A stretch of DNA of 49,017 nucleotides from Candidatus Wirthbacteria bacterium. GTDB taxonomy: Bacteria; Patescibacteriota; CG2-30-54-11. The DNA is taken from positions 1-49,017 of the forward strand of contig CAISZI010000012.1 in the NCBI GenBank assembly GCA_903889905.1, in the 5' to 3' direction. This document shows, in pieces, positions 7,854-16,746 of the stretch. Within the stretch, counting starts at the first letter, position 1. Every line of letters begins with the position of its first letter. Made by a program: the position numbers and the translations under genes. The notes beneath the pieces were generated by a model. That model was not told the DNA's origin, made no database searches, and saw only the letters and a list, made by a program, of their open reading frames with translations.

Positions 7854-8713
7854 TAAGGATTGGTGGTTGAAGTAGCCGGTGGCGCTGAAGTATTGCCCTG
7901 TTGCTCGACCTGAAATTCACCCTTGTCCGTCAGGTATAAATCATAATCAGCACCCACGTCGGGATCAAAAAACCGCATGCTGGGAACAATACTGGCGACG
8001 CCCGGCAGTTTGGCTTCAGCCAAAAATTCATTCCACATGGGCTGGGTAATATCATTGAAATAGTGAAAATCGAGTTGCGCGTTTTTGGCACCCAGGGATG
8101 CACTGGGCCGGACATAACGCTTCCCTCCGAGCAACGGAATGCCGGACTTGAATGTGACCACATCCAGCCGCACGCCCCACTGGTTGCCGTGGACATAAAC
8201 CGTGTCGCTTTCCTTGCCATTGGGTTTGGCATAGGTGAGTGAAATGCGTTCATCATTGTCCAGAAATTCACGGCCACGGATGTGCATGGTCAGAACCAGG
8301 GAGCGACTGCCACTCACCGCGCTGAAATCGCTGATCAAAAACCAGGCCAGCGCGCCCATCAGTGAAACCACAACAATGGCTGGAAAAATGATCAGCCAGT
8401 GGAACCAAAAATAATACAAAAGCCCCAGGCCCAACCCCACAAACAATAGTGAAACATAATCGCCCGCACCGGCTTTGCCGCTAACCACAAACACGCCCAG
8501 CAGTGCTACCAGCGCCAATGCCATGTAAACCCATTTCACCCACGCGCGCGGCTGCCGGACGATAGCTTCACGGCTCACGCGCAAACTGCGATACCAGAAA
8601 TAAATAGCCCCGGCAATCAACCAGCCAGCAAGAGTCAATAAAAACATGACCCAAAAAGAACCAGCGATCAGATAAAGGAGGAATTGCGCATAAACCTGCA
8701 ATACTTTGTCCAT
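7853..8713 (-). CDS. Hypothetical membrane protein (N-terminal TM helices plus soluble C-terminal domain)
   Basis: 286-aa ORF with several hydrophobic segments in the N-terminal half, co-oriented behind dtd. Confidence 0.75.
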   Translation of the reverse strand: MDKVLQVYAQFLLYLIAGSFWVMFLLTLAGWLIAGAIYFWYRSLRVSREAIVRQPRAWVKWVYMALALVALLGVFVVSGKAGAGDYVSLLFVGLGLGLLYYFWFHWLIIFPAIVVVSLMGALAWFLISDFSAVSGSRSLVLTMHIRGREFLDNDERISLTYAKPNGKESDTVYVHGNQWGVRLDVVTFKSGIPLLGGKRYVRPSASLGAKNAQLDFHYFNDITQPMWNEFLAEAKLPGVASIVPSMRFFDPDVGADYDLYLTDKGEFQVEQQGNTSAPPATSTTNP

Positions 8714-8725
8714 GGCTGCCTTTGT

Positions 8726-9172
8726 TTATGAAACGATGGAATCCACCACCAGCGTTACTGGGCCGTCATTACAGAGTTCCACCTGCATCATGGCCTGAAA
8801 CACGCCGGCAGCCACCTTCAAACCCTGCTTTCCCAGTTCGTCGAGAAAAATCTGATACAGGACCTGCGCTTCAGCCGGGCTTGCGGCGTCGGTAAAACTA
8901 GGCCGTCGCCCGCGTCGCACATCGCCATACAGTGTAAATTGCGATACCACCAAAAGTTCTGCCCTGGTATCCAAAGCCGATAAATTCATTTTGTCATTGG
9001 CGTCACCAAAAATACGCAGATGCACGATTTTGTCGACGAGGTACTGAATATCCCGCAGCGTATCGCCAACTTTGATACCCAGAAACAGCACCAGCCCAGG
9101 GCCGACGTCGCCTACAATCTGCCCCTCCACACGAACGGAAGCATGGCTTACCCGCTGCAACACGACGCGCAT
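8726..9172 (-). CDS. dtd: D-aminoacyl-tRNA deacylase
   Basis: MRVVLQRVSHASV, SQFTL, NDGPVT. Confidence 0.98.
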   Translation of the reverse strand: MRVVLQRVSHASVRVEGQIVGDVGPGLVLFLGIKVGDTLRDIQYLVDKIVHLRIFGDANDKMNLSALDTRAELLVVSQFTLYGDVRRGRRPSFTDAASPAEAQVLYQIFLDELGKQGLKVAAGVFQAMMQVELCNDGPVTLVVDSIVS

Positions 9173-9300
9173 GTTTTGTTTTGTACTAATGGAGTAATTG
9201 CTTGCTATTTTAGCGCACTTCAGGCTGGAAAAGCAAAGCGCCTGCTTTCTAAATCAAGCCGGATAAGGTAACATGAAGAGGCTTATTTGGGGATCCTGCT

Positions 9301-10749
9301 ATGGTTGCGCTTGCCCAGCAATTTCTGCAAACACTAGACGAACTACAAAAACTGACTCCCCTGCGCCGTGTGCTGGTGGGTGTTTCCGGCGGACCGGATT
9401 CGGTCTGTCTGCTGCATCTGCTGGTGCATTTACACGATCGCTTTGATCACATTGCCGTGGCCCATCTCAATCACGGGCTGCGCGGACAGGAAAGTGACGA
9501 TGATCAGACTTTTGTGCAGCTTTTTTGTCAGCAGCGTGAACTGCCTTTTTATACCGAAACAGTGGCGATCAAGGAACTGGCGGTACGTCTGCATCGCGGC
9601 ATCGAAGACACGGCCCGCGAGGCCCGCTATACTTTTTTTGCCAACCTCATGGCTACCCACCAACTGGATGCCGTGCTGATTGCCCACACACTCGACGACC
9701 AGGTCGAGACGATCTTGGGTAATTTTATTCGTGGCTCTGGTCTGCATGGACTAGAGGGCATGAAGATGATTTCCGAACTGCGCTTTGGCGATATGCCGGC
9801 GCCGATTCGCGTCGTGCGTCCCCTGCTGGGAATCCGCAAAGCTGATTTGCTGCAATACCTGGAATTGCACCAGGTCGCCTTCCGCATTGATTCCACCAAT
9901 GCCGACACTGATCTCACGCGCAATAAAATCCGCCACCAGATTTTACCCAAACTCATGGAAATCAACCCGGAAGTCCATGCCGCCATTGACCACACCAGCA
10001 CCTTGGCCCGGGAAGTCAACGCCCACAACGAAGCGCAGCTCCAGACCCTGATGAATGCCGAAACCCTGTTCCAAAAAAAATCCGAAATCGAAATGGTACT
10101 GAATAAAAATGAATATCTGAACTTTGCCACAAGCCAAAAAAGAGAACTCTTAAACTCTCTGCTTCGTGAACTCGTGGGGGAAAAAAAAGAAATTACCTAT
10201 GACCACATCGACAACGCCATGCAGTTTATCGAAAGTGGTAAAACCGGAGATGAAATTCACCTCGCCGGTGGCATTCGTCTACATCAGCTTCCCCATGCTT
10301 TTTCACTGTCAACCGAAGATTTCAAGGCCAACCCGATAGCATTACAAACCCTTCCCGAAGACGGCACCATTCGACTTCCGGGTGGCATTCTGCAGTGCCA
10401 TCTGATTCGCGACCCAGGGGAACTCAGTATGATCCGCGGCCTGGTGCAGACCCTTTCCAGCCCCATGCGTGTCTTCATCGACGCTGATCTGGCGGGACTG
10501 CCCCTGCAGGTGCGCTCCTGGGAAAACGGCGACCGCATCATGCCCCTTGGCATGAAAACTGAAAAAAAACTGCAGGACCTGTTTGTCGATGACAAAATCC
10601 CGCGCCATCAACGCCTCGATTTGCCGGTTATCCTCGGACATGATAACCGAATTGTGTGGGTAACGGGGTTAATGATGAGCGAAACCTGTCGCTTGCAAAA
10701 CATGACGCATCAAATTCTGGAACTGTCCTTTACTCCCAAGCTCAACTAA
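9301..10749 (+). CDS. tilS: tRNA(Ile)-lysidine synthetase
   Basis: SGGPDS, AHLNHGLR, AHTLDDQVET, RNKIRH, C-terminal TilS-C domain. Confidence 0.97.
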   Translation: MVALAQQFLQTLDELQKLTPLRRVLVGVSGGPDSVCLLHLLVHLHDRFDHIAVAHLNHGLRGQESDDDQTFVQLFCQQRELPFYTETVAIKELAVRLHRGIEDTAREARYTFFANLMATHQLDAVLIAHTLDDQVETILGNFIRGSGLHGLEGMKMISELRFGDMPAPIRVVRPLLGIRKADLLQYLELHQVAFRIDSTNADTDLTRNKIRHQILPKLMEINPEVHAAIDHTSTLAREVNAHNEAQLQTLMNAETLFQKKSEIEMVLNKNEYLNFATSQKRELLNSLLRELVGEKKEITYDHIDNAMQFIESGKTGDEIHLAGGIRLHQLPHAFSLSTEDFKANPIALQTLPEDGTIRLPGGILQCHLIRDPGELSMIRGLVQTLSSPMRVFIDADLAGLPLQVRSWENGDRIMPLGMKTEKKLQDLFVDDKIPRHQRLDLPVILGHDNRIVWVTGLMMSETCRLQNMTHQILELSFTPKLN

Positions 10750-12116
10750 TGGCCAACAAAACCCAATATATCTGTGACCAGTGCAATTTTCATTCGCCCA
10801 AGTGGCTCGGCCAATGCCCAAGCTGCAATACCTGGAATAGTTTTGTCGAAACCGTGGTCGAAAAACCAACCAAGACCTCCAGCCTCAGCCGCCAGGCGAC
10901 GGCGAAGCCTATGCTGCGGCTCAAGGATATCCCGTCGGTCGAAGCCGACCGGCTCAAATCGCACCTGAGTGAATTCAACCGCGCGCTCGGCGGCGGCATT
11001 GTCCCCGGCTCGGTCAATCTGATCGGCGGCGAACCCGGTATTGGTAAATCCACACTGCTGATGCAAGTCTTTGCCGCGATCCGCGCCTACCCCAAACTTT
11101 ACATTACCGGCGAAGAATCGCTTACCCAGCTCAAACTTCGCGCCGGCCGCCTCGATATTCATGATCCCGACCTGCTTTTTGTCAGCGCTACCGATATCGA
11201 CAGTGCGCTTCAGACCATGGATGAACTGCAGCCGCAGCTGGTAATCATCGACTCGATCCAATCCATGCAAACGCAAGACCTCACCAGTCCCGCCGGAAGT
11301 GTGGCACAGGTCAGAGAATGTACCCAACGACTGATCACCAATGCCAAACAAAACAATGTGGCCGTATTTTTGGTCGGCCATGTCACCAAAGATGGCGAAA
11401 TTGCCGGCCCCAAAGTACTGGAACACATGGTGGACGCCGTGTTTTATCTCGAAGGCGACTCGCTGCACCAGTTCCGCATCCTGCGCTCGAGCAAAAACCG
11501 TTATGGCAATTTGAGTGAAATCGGACTTTTTGAAATGACCGAAAAGGGACTACAGGAACACTCGGCACTGGAATCGCTATTTGTCAGCAACGGGCTGGAA
11601 AAAAGCCCAGGCGCGGTGCGCACCATCACCATGGAAGGCTCAAGGCCACTCCTCATTGAACTGCAAGCGCTGACGGTGCCCTCTGGTTTTGGCTACCCCA
11701 AACGGACCGCAAGCGGCTTCAACCTTAACCGTCTGCAACTCCTGATCGCCGTGCTGATCCGCCGCGCTGGGCTCAAACTCTACGAACAGGACGTCTATGC
11801 CAACATCGTCGGCGGCCTCAAACTCGACGAAACCGCACTCGATTTGCCCATGTGTCTGGCGGTAACAGGCAGTCTGCTGGACCAGGCTTTTCCCACCGAC
11901 ATGGTAGCGATTGGTGAAGTCAGCCTGTCAGGCATGATCCGTCCCATTGGCCAGCTCGAGGCCAGAATCTCGGAAGCGATCAAGTTGGGATTCAAAAAAG
12001 CGTTGGTTCCGGACGCCGGATATGATAAAATTAAACGATATGAGCAGCAGATCGGCCTGGTTCCGGTGCGGTCGTTGTCGAATATCAAGGTGTGGCTCCA
12101 GGATTTAAATTCTTAA
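10749..12116 (+). CDS. radA: DNA repair protein RadA/Sms
   Basis: Zinc finger CDQC...CPSC, GGEPGIGKSTL, KNRYG, Lon-like C-terminus; TAATG coupling to tilS. Confidence 0.98.
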   Translation: MANKTQYICDQCNFHSPKWLGQCPSCNTWNSFVETVVEKPTKTSSLSRQATAKPMLRLKDIPSVEADRLKSHLSEFNRALGGGIVPGSVNLIGGEPGIGKSTLLMQVFAAIRAYPKLYITGEESLTQLKLRAGRLDIHDPDLLFVSATDIDSALQTMDELQPQLVIIDSIQSMQTQDLTSPAGSVAQVRECTQRLITNAKQNNVAVFLVGHVTKDGEIAGPKVLEHMVDAVFYLEGDSLHQFRILRSSKNRYGNLSEIGLFEMTEKGLQEHSALESLFVSNGLEKSPGAVRTITMEGSRPLLIELQALTVPSGFGYPKRTASGFNLNRLQLLIAVLIRRAGLKLYEQDVYANIVGGLKLDETALDLPMCLAVTGSLLDQAFPTDMVAIGEVSLSGMIRPIGQLEARISEAIKLGFKKALVPDAGYDKIKRYEQQIGLVPVRSLSNIKVWLQDLNS

Positions 12117-12127
12117 CAAAACAAAAA

Positions 12128-12739
12128 ATGACACAAAGTCTCCTTCCTGACGGTTCCCCGACCGGGCTTGCCCTCAAAATCGGCATCATGGGCTCCGCCA
12201 GCGGCAACATGACCAAACAACACCTCAGCCGCTCCTACCGCCTGGGTCAAGCCATGGCTGAACACGGCTGTATCTGCATCACCGGCGCCTGTCCTGGCCT
12301 CCCGTACGAAACTGCCAAGGGCGTCAAAAGCAAAGGGGGACTGGTGGTCGGCATCTCGCCCGGCTTAAGCCTGCAGGAACATATTTACAAATACCATTCG
12401 CCCACCAGCTACACCGACGTTCTCATTTTTACCGGCAGTGGTCTAATGGGCCGAGAAATCACCAATATCCGCTCCTGCGACATCGTCGTGATTGTGGGTG
12501 GCCGCTCCGGGACACTGGGTGAATTCTCCATCGCCTATGACGAAGGTAAACTGATTGGCGTTCTCACTGGCACTGGCGGCATTGCCGACTTTTTGACCGA
12601 AATCGAAAAAGTTATCCGCAAGGAAACCGGTTCCACCATCATCTATGACAGCAGTCCCACACGATTACTCAAAAAACTGCTCAAGGAATACTCGGTGCGC
12701 CATTTCAAAAACGCCAGCATTTTTAACGGTAAAATTTAA
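12128..12739 (+). CDS. Second LOG/SLOG-family protein
   Basis: TGACPGLP and GGRSGTLGEF motifs; start placed at the ATG at 12128. Confidence 0.88.
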   Translation: MTQSLLPDGSPTGLALKIGIMGSASGNMTKQHLSRSYRLGQAMAEHGCICITGACPGLPYETAKGVKSKGGLVVGISPGLSLQEHIYKYHSPTSYTDVLIFTGSGLMGREITNIRSCDIVVIVGGRSGTLGEFSIAYDEGKLIGVLTGTGGIADFLTEIEKVIRKETGSTIIYDSSPTRLLKKLLKEYSVRHFKNASIFNGKI

Positions 12740-12750
12740 CAAGGAAAACC

Positions 12751-12996
12751 ATGCAAAATTTTTTATTTTTTCTTATCCTCGGCGCAGTGGGCTTTGTCTG
12801 CATCTGGAAAAGCCGGGAAATTGTCCGCCTTATGGGCCGCAGTGTCTGGGCCGAAGGCAAATTCGGACCTGGCGGAAGTGAAACCATGTGGAAAATCCTG
12901 GGCATCATCCTCATCGTCTTTGGCGTATTCCTGGTTACCGGTATTACCAATGTACTCGTCGCTATCCTGCGTTCCTTTATTCGTCCCGGAAGTTAG
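12751..12996 (+). CDS. Small two-TM membrane protein
   Basis: Two hydrophobic helices flanking AEGKFGPGGSETMWK; AAGGA RBS; fills the operon gap. Confidence 0.75.
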   Translation: MQNFLFFLILGAVGFVCIWKSREIVRLMGRSVWAEGKFGPGGSETMWKILGIILIVFGVFLVTGITNVLVAILRSFIRPGS

Positions 12997-13013
12997 TTTA
13001 ACAAAGGGCATCC

Positions 13014-13937
13014 ATGCTTAATCTGCTCTGGGCTTTGGTTTTCTGGGTCATCGGCGCCTTTCTGGCTTATGCTTTTTTTCAATTCAGTGCCCAATCCCCC
13101 CAAACCAAATACGTCTACGCACTGGCTGCTGGTTTTGGCATGGCCGGTATGACTGCTTTTCCGCTGGGACTGCTGAGCGGCCACTGGGATGTGACCCAAA
13201 GTCTGGTGGCGCTCGTTCTGGGCGCAGGCATTGGCTTTGGGTTGCTGCTCTTGTACCAGGCTGTGACTCACCTCGAAGAACTGCAACAGGACATCTCGAT
13301 CAAACAGACTCAACTGATTGATCTGCAAACACAACTGAGTACCCACAAAAATGAAATCTTCGCTCTGGATGCCTCGGCTTTGTATTTTGGCGACATCGTC
13401 AAATTTCTCAACAACACTTATTCCGCAGCCAGCCTGGTCATCCCGCGGCTGTGCATCAAAATGGTGCAGGAAATGGCACAATCGCCGGCTGCACTGAGCC
13501 ATGCGCAAGGCGAACTTGCAGTCAAAAACCTTGAACGCCTGCAGCATGAATGTGTCTTGCCCTGGGAAATCTTTGAAGACCCGCTCGACGCCCCCAACTA
13601 CCAACTCGCACTACTCGATCTGCTCAAGCAAAAATCCGCCCGCCTCATCAGCGGAGACACGGCAATCACCCGGGAAATCAGTGCCCAGGGCATGAATGTG
13701 GTGGATCTCAACGATGTGGCATTGGCACTCAAGCCCAACCGCTTTGTTGGACAGACGACTAACCTTTTTGTCCGCGAACAGGGCATTGAGAACAAACAGG
13801 GCATTGGTTATCTCCAGGATGGAACCAAAGTCATCGTCGAAGGCGGCGACGTCTTTGCCGGGCGTCAGGTGCACGTCAAATTCATGCAGATCTATGAAAC
13901 TGTGGCCGGCCAGTTGATTCAGGCTGTCATTGAGTAA
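13014..13937 (+). CDS. Membrane PIN/TRAM-domain protein (YacL-like)
   Basis: N-terminal TMs, LDAS PIN start, C-terminal GIENKQGIGYLQDGTKVIVEGG TRAM signature. Confidence 0.88.
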   Translation: MLNLLWALVFWVIGAFLAYAFFQFSAQSPQTKYVYALAAGFGMAGMTAFPLGLLSGHWDVTQSLVALVLGAGIGFGLLLLYQAVTHLEELQQDISIKQTQLIDLQTQLSTHKNEIFALDASALYFGDIVKFLNNTYSAASLVIPRLCIKMVQEMAQSPAALSHAQGELAVKNLERLQHECVLPWEIFEDPLDAPNYQLALLDLLKQKSARLISGDTAITREISAQGMNVVDLNDVALALKPNRFVGQTTNLFVREQGIENKQGIGYLQDGTKVIVEGGDVFAGRQVHVKFMQIYETVAGQLIQAVIE

Positions 13938-13943
13938 CCCCAA

Positions 13944-14636
13944 TTAGAACTTCATATCCGCCCGCAAATATATCTTCTGGTGCTCAAAATCCATCACCGC
14001 CTGCCCGCTGTGCAAAAAATCATCCCCCAGCAGCCCATCAATCGCCTCCGCGTTCTGGCTTTTGAGGGTGTCATTGATCGCACTTAAGTCAATACGTGGC
14101 AAGTCGATGTTGGTAAGATGAATCGTGCCGAGGGTGATGCTGCCGACTTTGACGATTTCGCCGGTATCGGATTTACCGCCCAAACCAACGTATTCACGCT
14201 TGGCGGTAGAAGGCACCACCGGCAAGTTAAACACCTGTGTCGCATCGCGGTCCAACACCGTTTGCGAAGCGCCGGTATCGAGCAGCAGATAAGCGTCCTG
14301 GCCATTGAATTGCAGCTTGATTTCAAAGTAATCAAATTTGCGCACGAGCGGAATTTCCAGATAACCGACGTGCGTCAAAAAGGAAAAATCGCCCACACTT
14401 TGCCAATGGTCCTGCGCCACTTGCGTGGCTTTTGCGGCGATAATCCGTTGTTTTTCAGACTGCTCCAGTGTCAAATTCTGTCGCAATCTGGCAACCTCGA
14501 GCTGCAACGCCGCGAGCGTTCGACTGTGATCCACGACGATGGCGTGCGGCTGTGACGCACCCAGCATGAAACTGCTTGTGGCGACGGCCATCAGGAGCAC
14601 AACCCGTCCAACCAAACGCAAAAACCTTTGGATCAT
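13944..14636 (-). CDS. Secreted or anchored retropepsin-like aspartyl protease
   Basis: LLLDTGASQT and DGLLGDDFL motifs; N-terminal signal or anchor. Confidence 0.88.
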   Translation of the reverse strand: MIQRFLRLVGRVVLLMAVATSSFMLGASQPHAIVVDHSRTLAALQLEVARLRQNLTLEQSEKQRIIAAKATQVAQDHWQSVGDFSFLTHVGYLEIPLVRKFDYFEIKLQFNGQDAYLLLDTGASQTVLDRDATQVFNLPVVPSTAKREYVGLGGKSDTGEIVKVGSITLGTIHLTNIDLPRIDLSAINDTLKSQNAEAIDGLLGDDFLHSGQAVMDFEHQKIYLRADMKF

Positions 14637-15037
14637 CGTCTCCCCTGGATCATGGCCAGGCCAATGCCCATGGCCAAAAACGTCACGACCAAAGCCAGGC
14701 TAACTGATTGCAGCAACAAGCTGACAGCGCTAATCATGTCGGTCTGCCAGTCACCCCTCCGCTGGATAGGCTCGGGTACGCTATCTGTGACATTCTGCTG
14801 ACGCGTTATGGCGTAATAAACACAAAACTGTGCCCGCGCCTGCCGAAAACCAACCACTGCCATGACAACGGGCAGGCAAAGCAGCAAAAAGCCAAGCCAG
14901 TTGGCCCTCAGACAGACCAAGCCAACCCACAATAAAACGGATAGCACCACGCCCATCCATCCCGTCATATACCGCCGACGGCTTTCATGACGGCCAATAT
15001 TGCAGTGCCCCGCTTTGTATGCAGGCGAGATTGCCAT
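14633..15037 (-). CDS. Small membrane protein (GHCNIG...RRR type)
   Basis: Hydrophobic segments; ATGA overlap with the protease gene. Confidence 0.7.
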   Translation of the reverse strand: MAISPAYKAGHCNIGRHESRRRYMTGWMGVVLSVLLWVGLVCLRANWLGFLLLCLPVVMAVVGFRQARAQFCVYYAITRQQNVTDSVPEPIQRRGDWQTDMISAVSLLLQSVSLALVVTFLAMGIGLAMIQGRR

Positions 15038-15122
15038 TTTGCTTGTTCCCCAAAAACAAATCTTCCCATCACCGGTTCACTATATAACGCTGCGGGCTCT
15101 AACTCAACGTCACTAAAACAAC

Positions 15123-15146
15123 AAAACCTCCTGCCGAGGAGGTTTT
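15123..15146. terminator. Bidirectional terminator-like hairpin after the pil cluster
   Basis: AAAACCTCCT-GCCG-AGGAGGTTTT. Confidence 0.75.
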
Positions 15147-15171
15147 GAATTGTCACGTATGCTGCACTCGT

Positions 15172-15450
15172 CTATTGGCTGGCAAACGGGTCACTTTTGC
15201 CGGTGCTTAAATTGTTTTCATCAAAACTGATTTTGTAAAGTTCAAATTTGCTGATCTGCGCCGTAATGTCATTGGCCTGGTTGGTATAATACTGGGGAAT
15301 ACTGCTATCCGGTGTCAACTCGGGACTGGAGGCAAAAAAATACGTGTACCCGGTCCACATGCTGAGGCCCAGGATGCAAAGCAGGGTGAGTCCGATCACG
15401 AGTGTCGTCATAGAGGTGGGAATTTTGAATTTCTTCAGGAAATCGTTCAT
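15172..15450 (-). CDS. Small single-TM protein at the end of the pilMNO operon (PilP position)
   Basis: One TM, ends GKSDPF; ATGA overlap with pilO. Confidence 0.75.
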   Translation of the reverse strand: MNDFLKKFKIPTSMTTLVIGLTLLCILGLSMWTGYTYFFASSPELTPDSSIPQYYTNQANDITAQISKFELYKISFDENNLSTGKSDPFASQ

Positions 15451-16025
15451 AGTGCGGGCCCTCCAGTCGTGGCTTTGGGTGCAGGCGTCATGAAGGCGCG
15501 CCCTTTTAAACTGGCTGTGATCATCACCGCAGAAGCGTCGGCGCTGCTGCTGCCGGAAAGTGAAACCGAGTCAATGTTAATCAGCCGCAGGGATTGTTCA
15601 ATTTTGCTTAGGTAAGCGATGATTTTATCATAACGGCCATTGATGGTGAGGTTAAAATCAATGCTCTGCACTGAACTTCTGGCCGACCCGGATGGCGTCG
15701 GGCTGACCGCCAGGCTATTATCCACCAGGCCATATTCGTCAGCAATCGAGGTAAGTTGAAAAAGAATATCAGGAATCTGTTTGTCCGACGGGAGCGCCGA
15801 CAGGATGAGATTGGCTTTGGACTCGATCTCGCTGTAGTTGCTGTCCAGCACCTGCACTGCCGCAAGTTCCTGGACTTTGGCCTGTAGAGCCACGCGTTTT
15901 TGCTGCTCCAGCGCCTCCTGCATTTTGAGATCGGGAATCAGCATCATGTTGAGATAATACCCAAGGCCGGCCAGGACGACAATCAATCCCCCAACCACCA
16001 GCGGAACGCGACTACTTAGTTTCAT
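15447..16025 (-). CDS. pilO: Type IV pilus alignment protein PilO
   Basis: TM plus coiled coil, ALPSDKQIPDIL, GRYDKIIAYLSKIEQSLRLINI; follows pilM-pilN. Confidence 0.88.
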   Translation of the reverse strand: MKLSSRVPLVVGGLIVVLAGLGYYLNMMLIPDLKMQEALEQQKRVALQAKVQELAAVQVLDSNYSEIESKANLILSALPSDKQIPDILFQLTSIADEYGLVDNSLAVSPTPSGSARSSVQSIDFNLTINGRYDKIIAYLSKIEQSLRLINIDSVSLSGSSSADASAVMITASLKGRAFMTPAPKATTGGPAL

Positions 16026-16746
16026 TGAGTGCCGTATCTTTAAGAACTAGGGTCAGCGTGAAGGAAACGCTTTTTTCGACCTCTTTGGTTTTTTTGGCAT
16101 CGGTCTGCAGATTGACGGAGGCAATCTCAACACTTTTGAACAGATAACGGGCGATCTGAATTTGCGACAATTTGAGCAAATCCGCTTCGGCGGCAGCATT
16201 GTTGACTTTCAGGATCAGATCCGCGTCGGTTTTGTAGGTGGCCACAATTTTGGCCAGGGTATCGCCTTTGTTCACATTTTTGGGGAACGTGGCATAGGCA
16301 CGTTTGAGGGCACTGAGCAGTTTGGCCAGGTCCACCGACGAACTCGCAATCCCGGAAACGGTCATATTGTAGTCGCTGGCGACATTAAGATTGATGAATT
16401 TAACACCCGACTTGGGCAGAGACTGGTTGAGCGAGGTCAGATAACTCGACCAGAGATTTTTCTGCGCAACCACGTCGTTGACCATGGTCAATTTAGTACG
16501 CAGCGTGTTGCTGGCGGTAATCACTTTGGTATAGCTTTGAATTTGACTCTGCTGCTCGGCGATTTGTTTGTCAAGTGTATCGATATTGGCCTGAACAGCC
16601 AGTTTCTGGGAAAAAACAATAGAGATCACAATGCCGAGTCCGAGCGCTGTCAGGGCAAACATGCTGAACGCAATCGAAAGCACCTTGATCAGTTCCTGAC
16701 GCAGCTTGCGTTTCTGGGCCCCGGGAAGGAGGTTGATGTGGATCAT
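16012..16746 (-). CDS. pilN: Type IV pilus alignment protein PilN with inserted LysM-like module
   Basis: INLLP N-terminal motif, TM, coiled coil, WSSYL...LP core; insert VNKGDTLAKIVATYKTDADLILKVN. Confidence 0.88.
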   Translation of the reverse strand: MIHINLLPGAQKRKLRQELIKVLSIAFSMFALTALGLGIVISIVFSQKLAVQANIDTLDKQIAEQQSQIQSYTKVITASNTLRTKLTMVNDVVAQKNLWSSYLTSLNQSLPKSGVKFINLNVASDYNMTVSGIASSSVDLAKLLSALKRAYATFPKNVNKGDTLAKIVATYKTDADLILKVNNAAAEADLLKLSQIQIARYLFKSVEIASVNLQTDAKKTKEVEKSVSFTLTLVLKDTALNETK

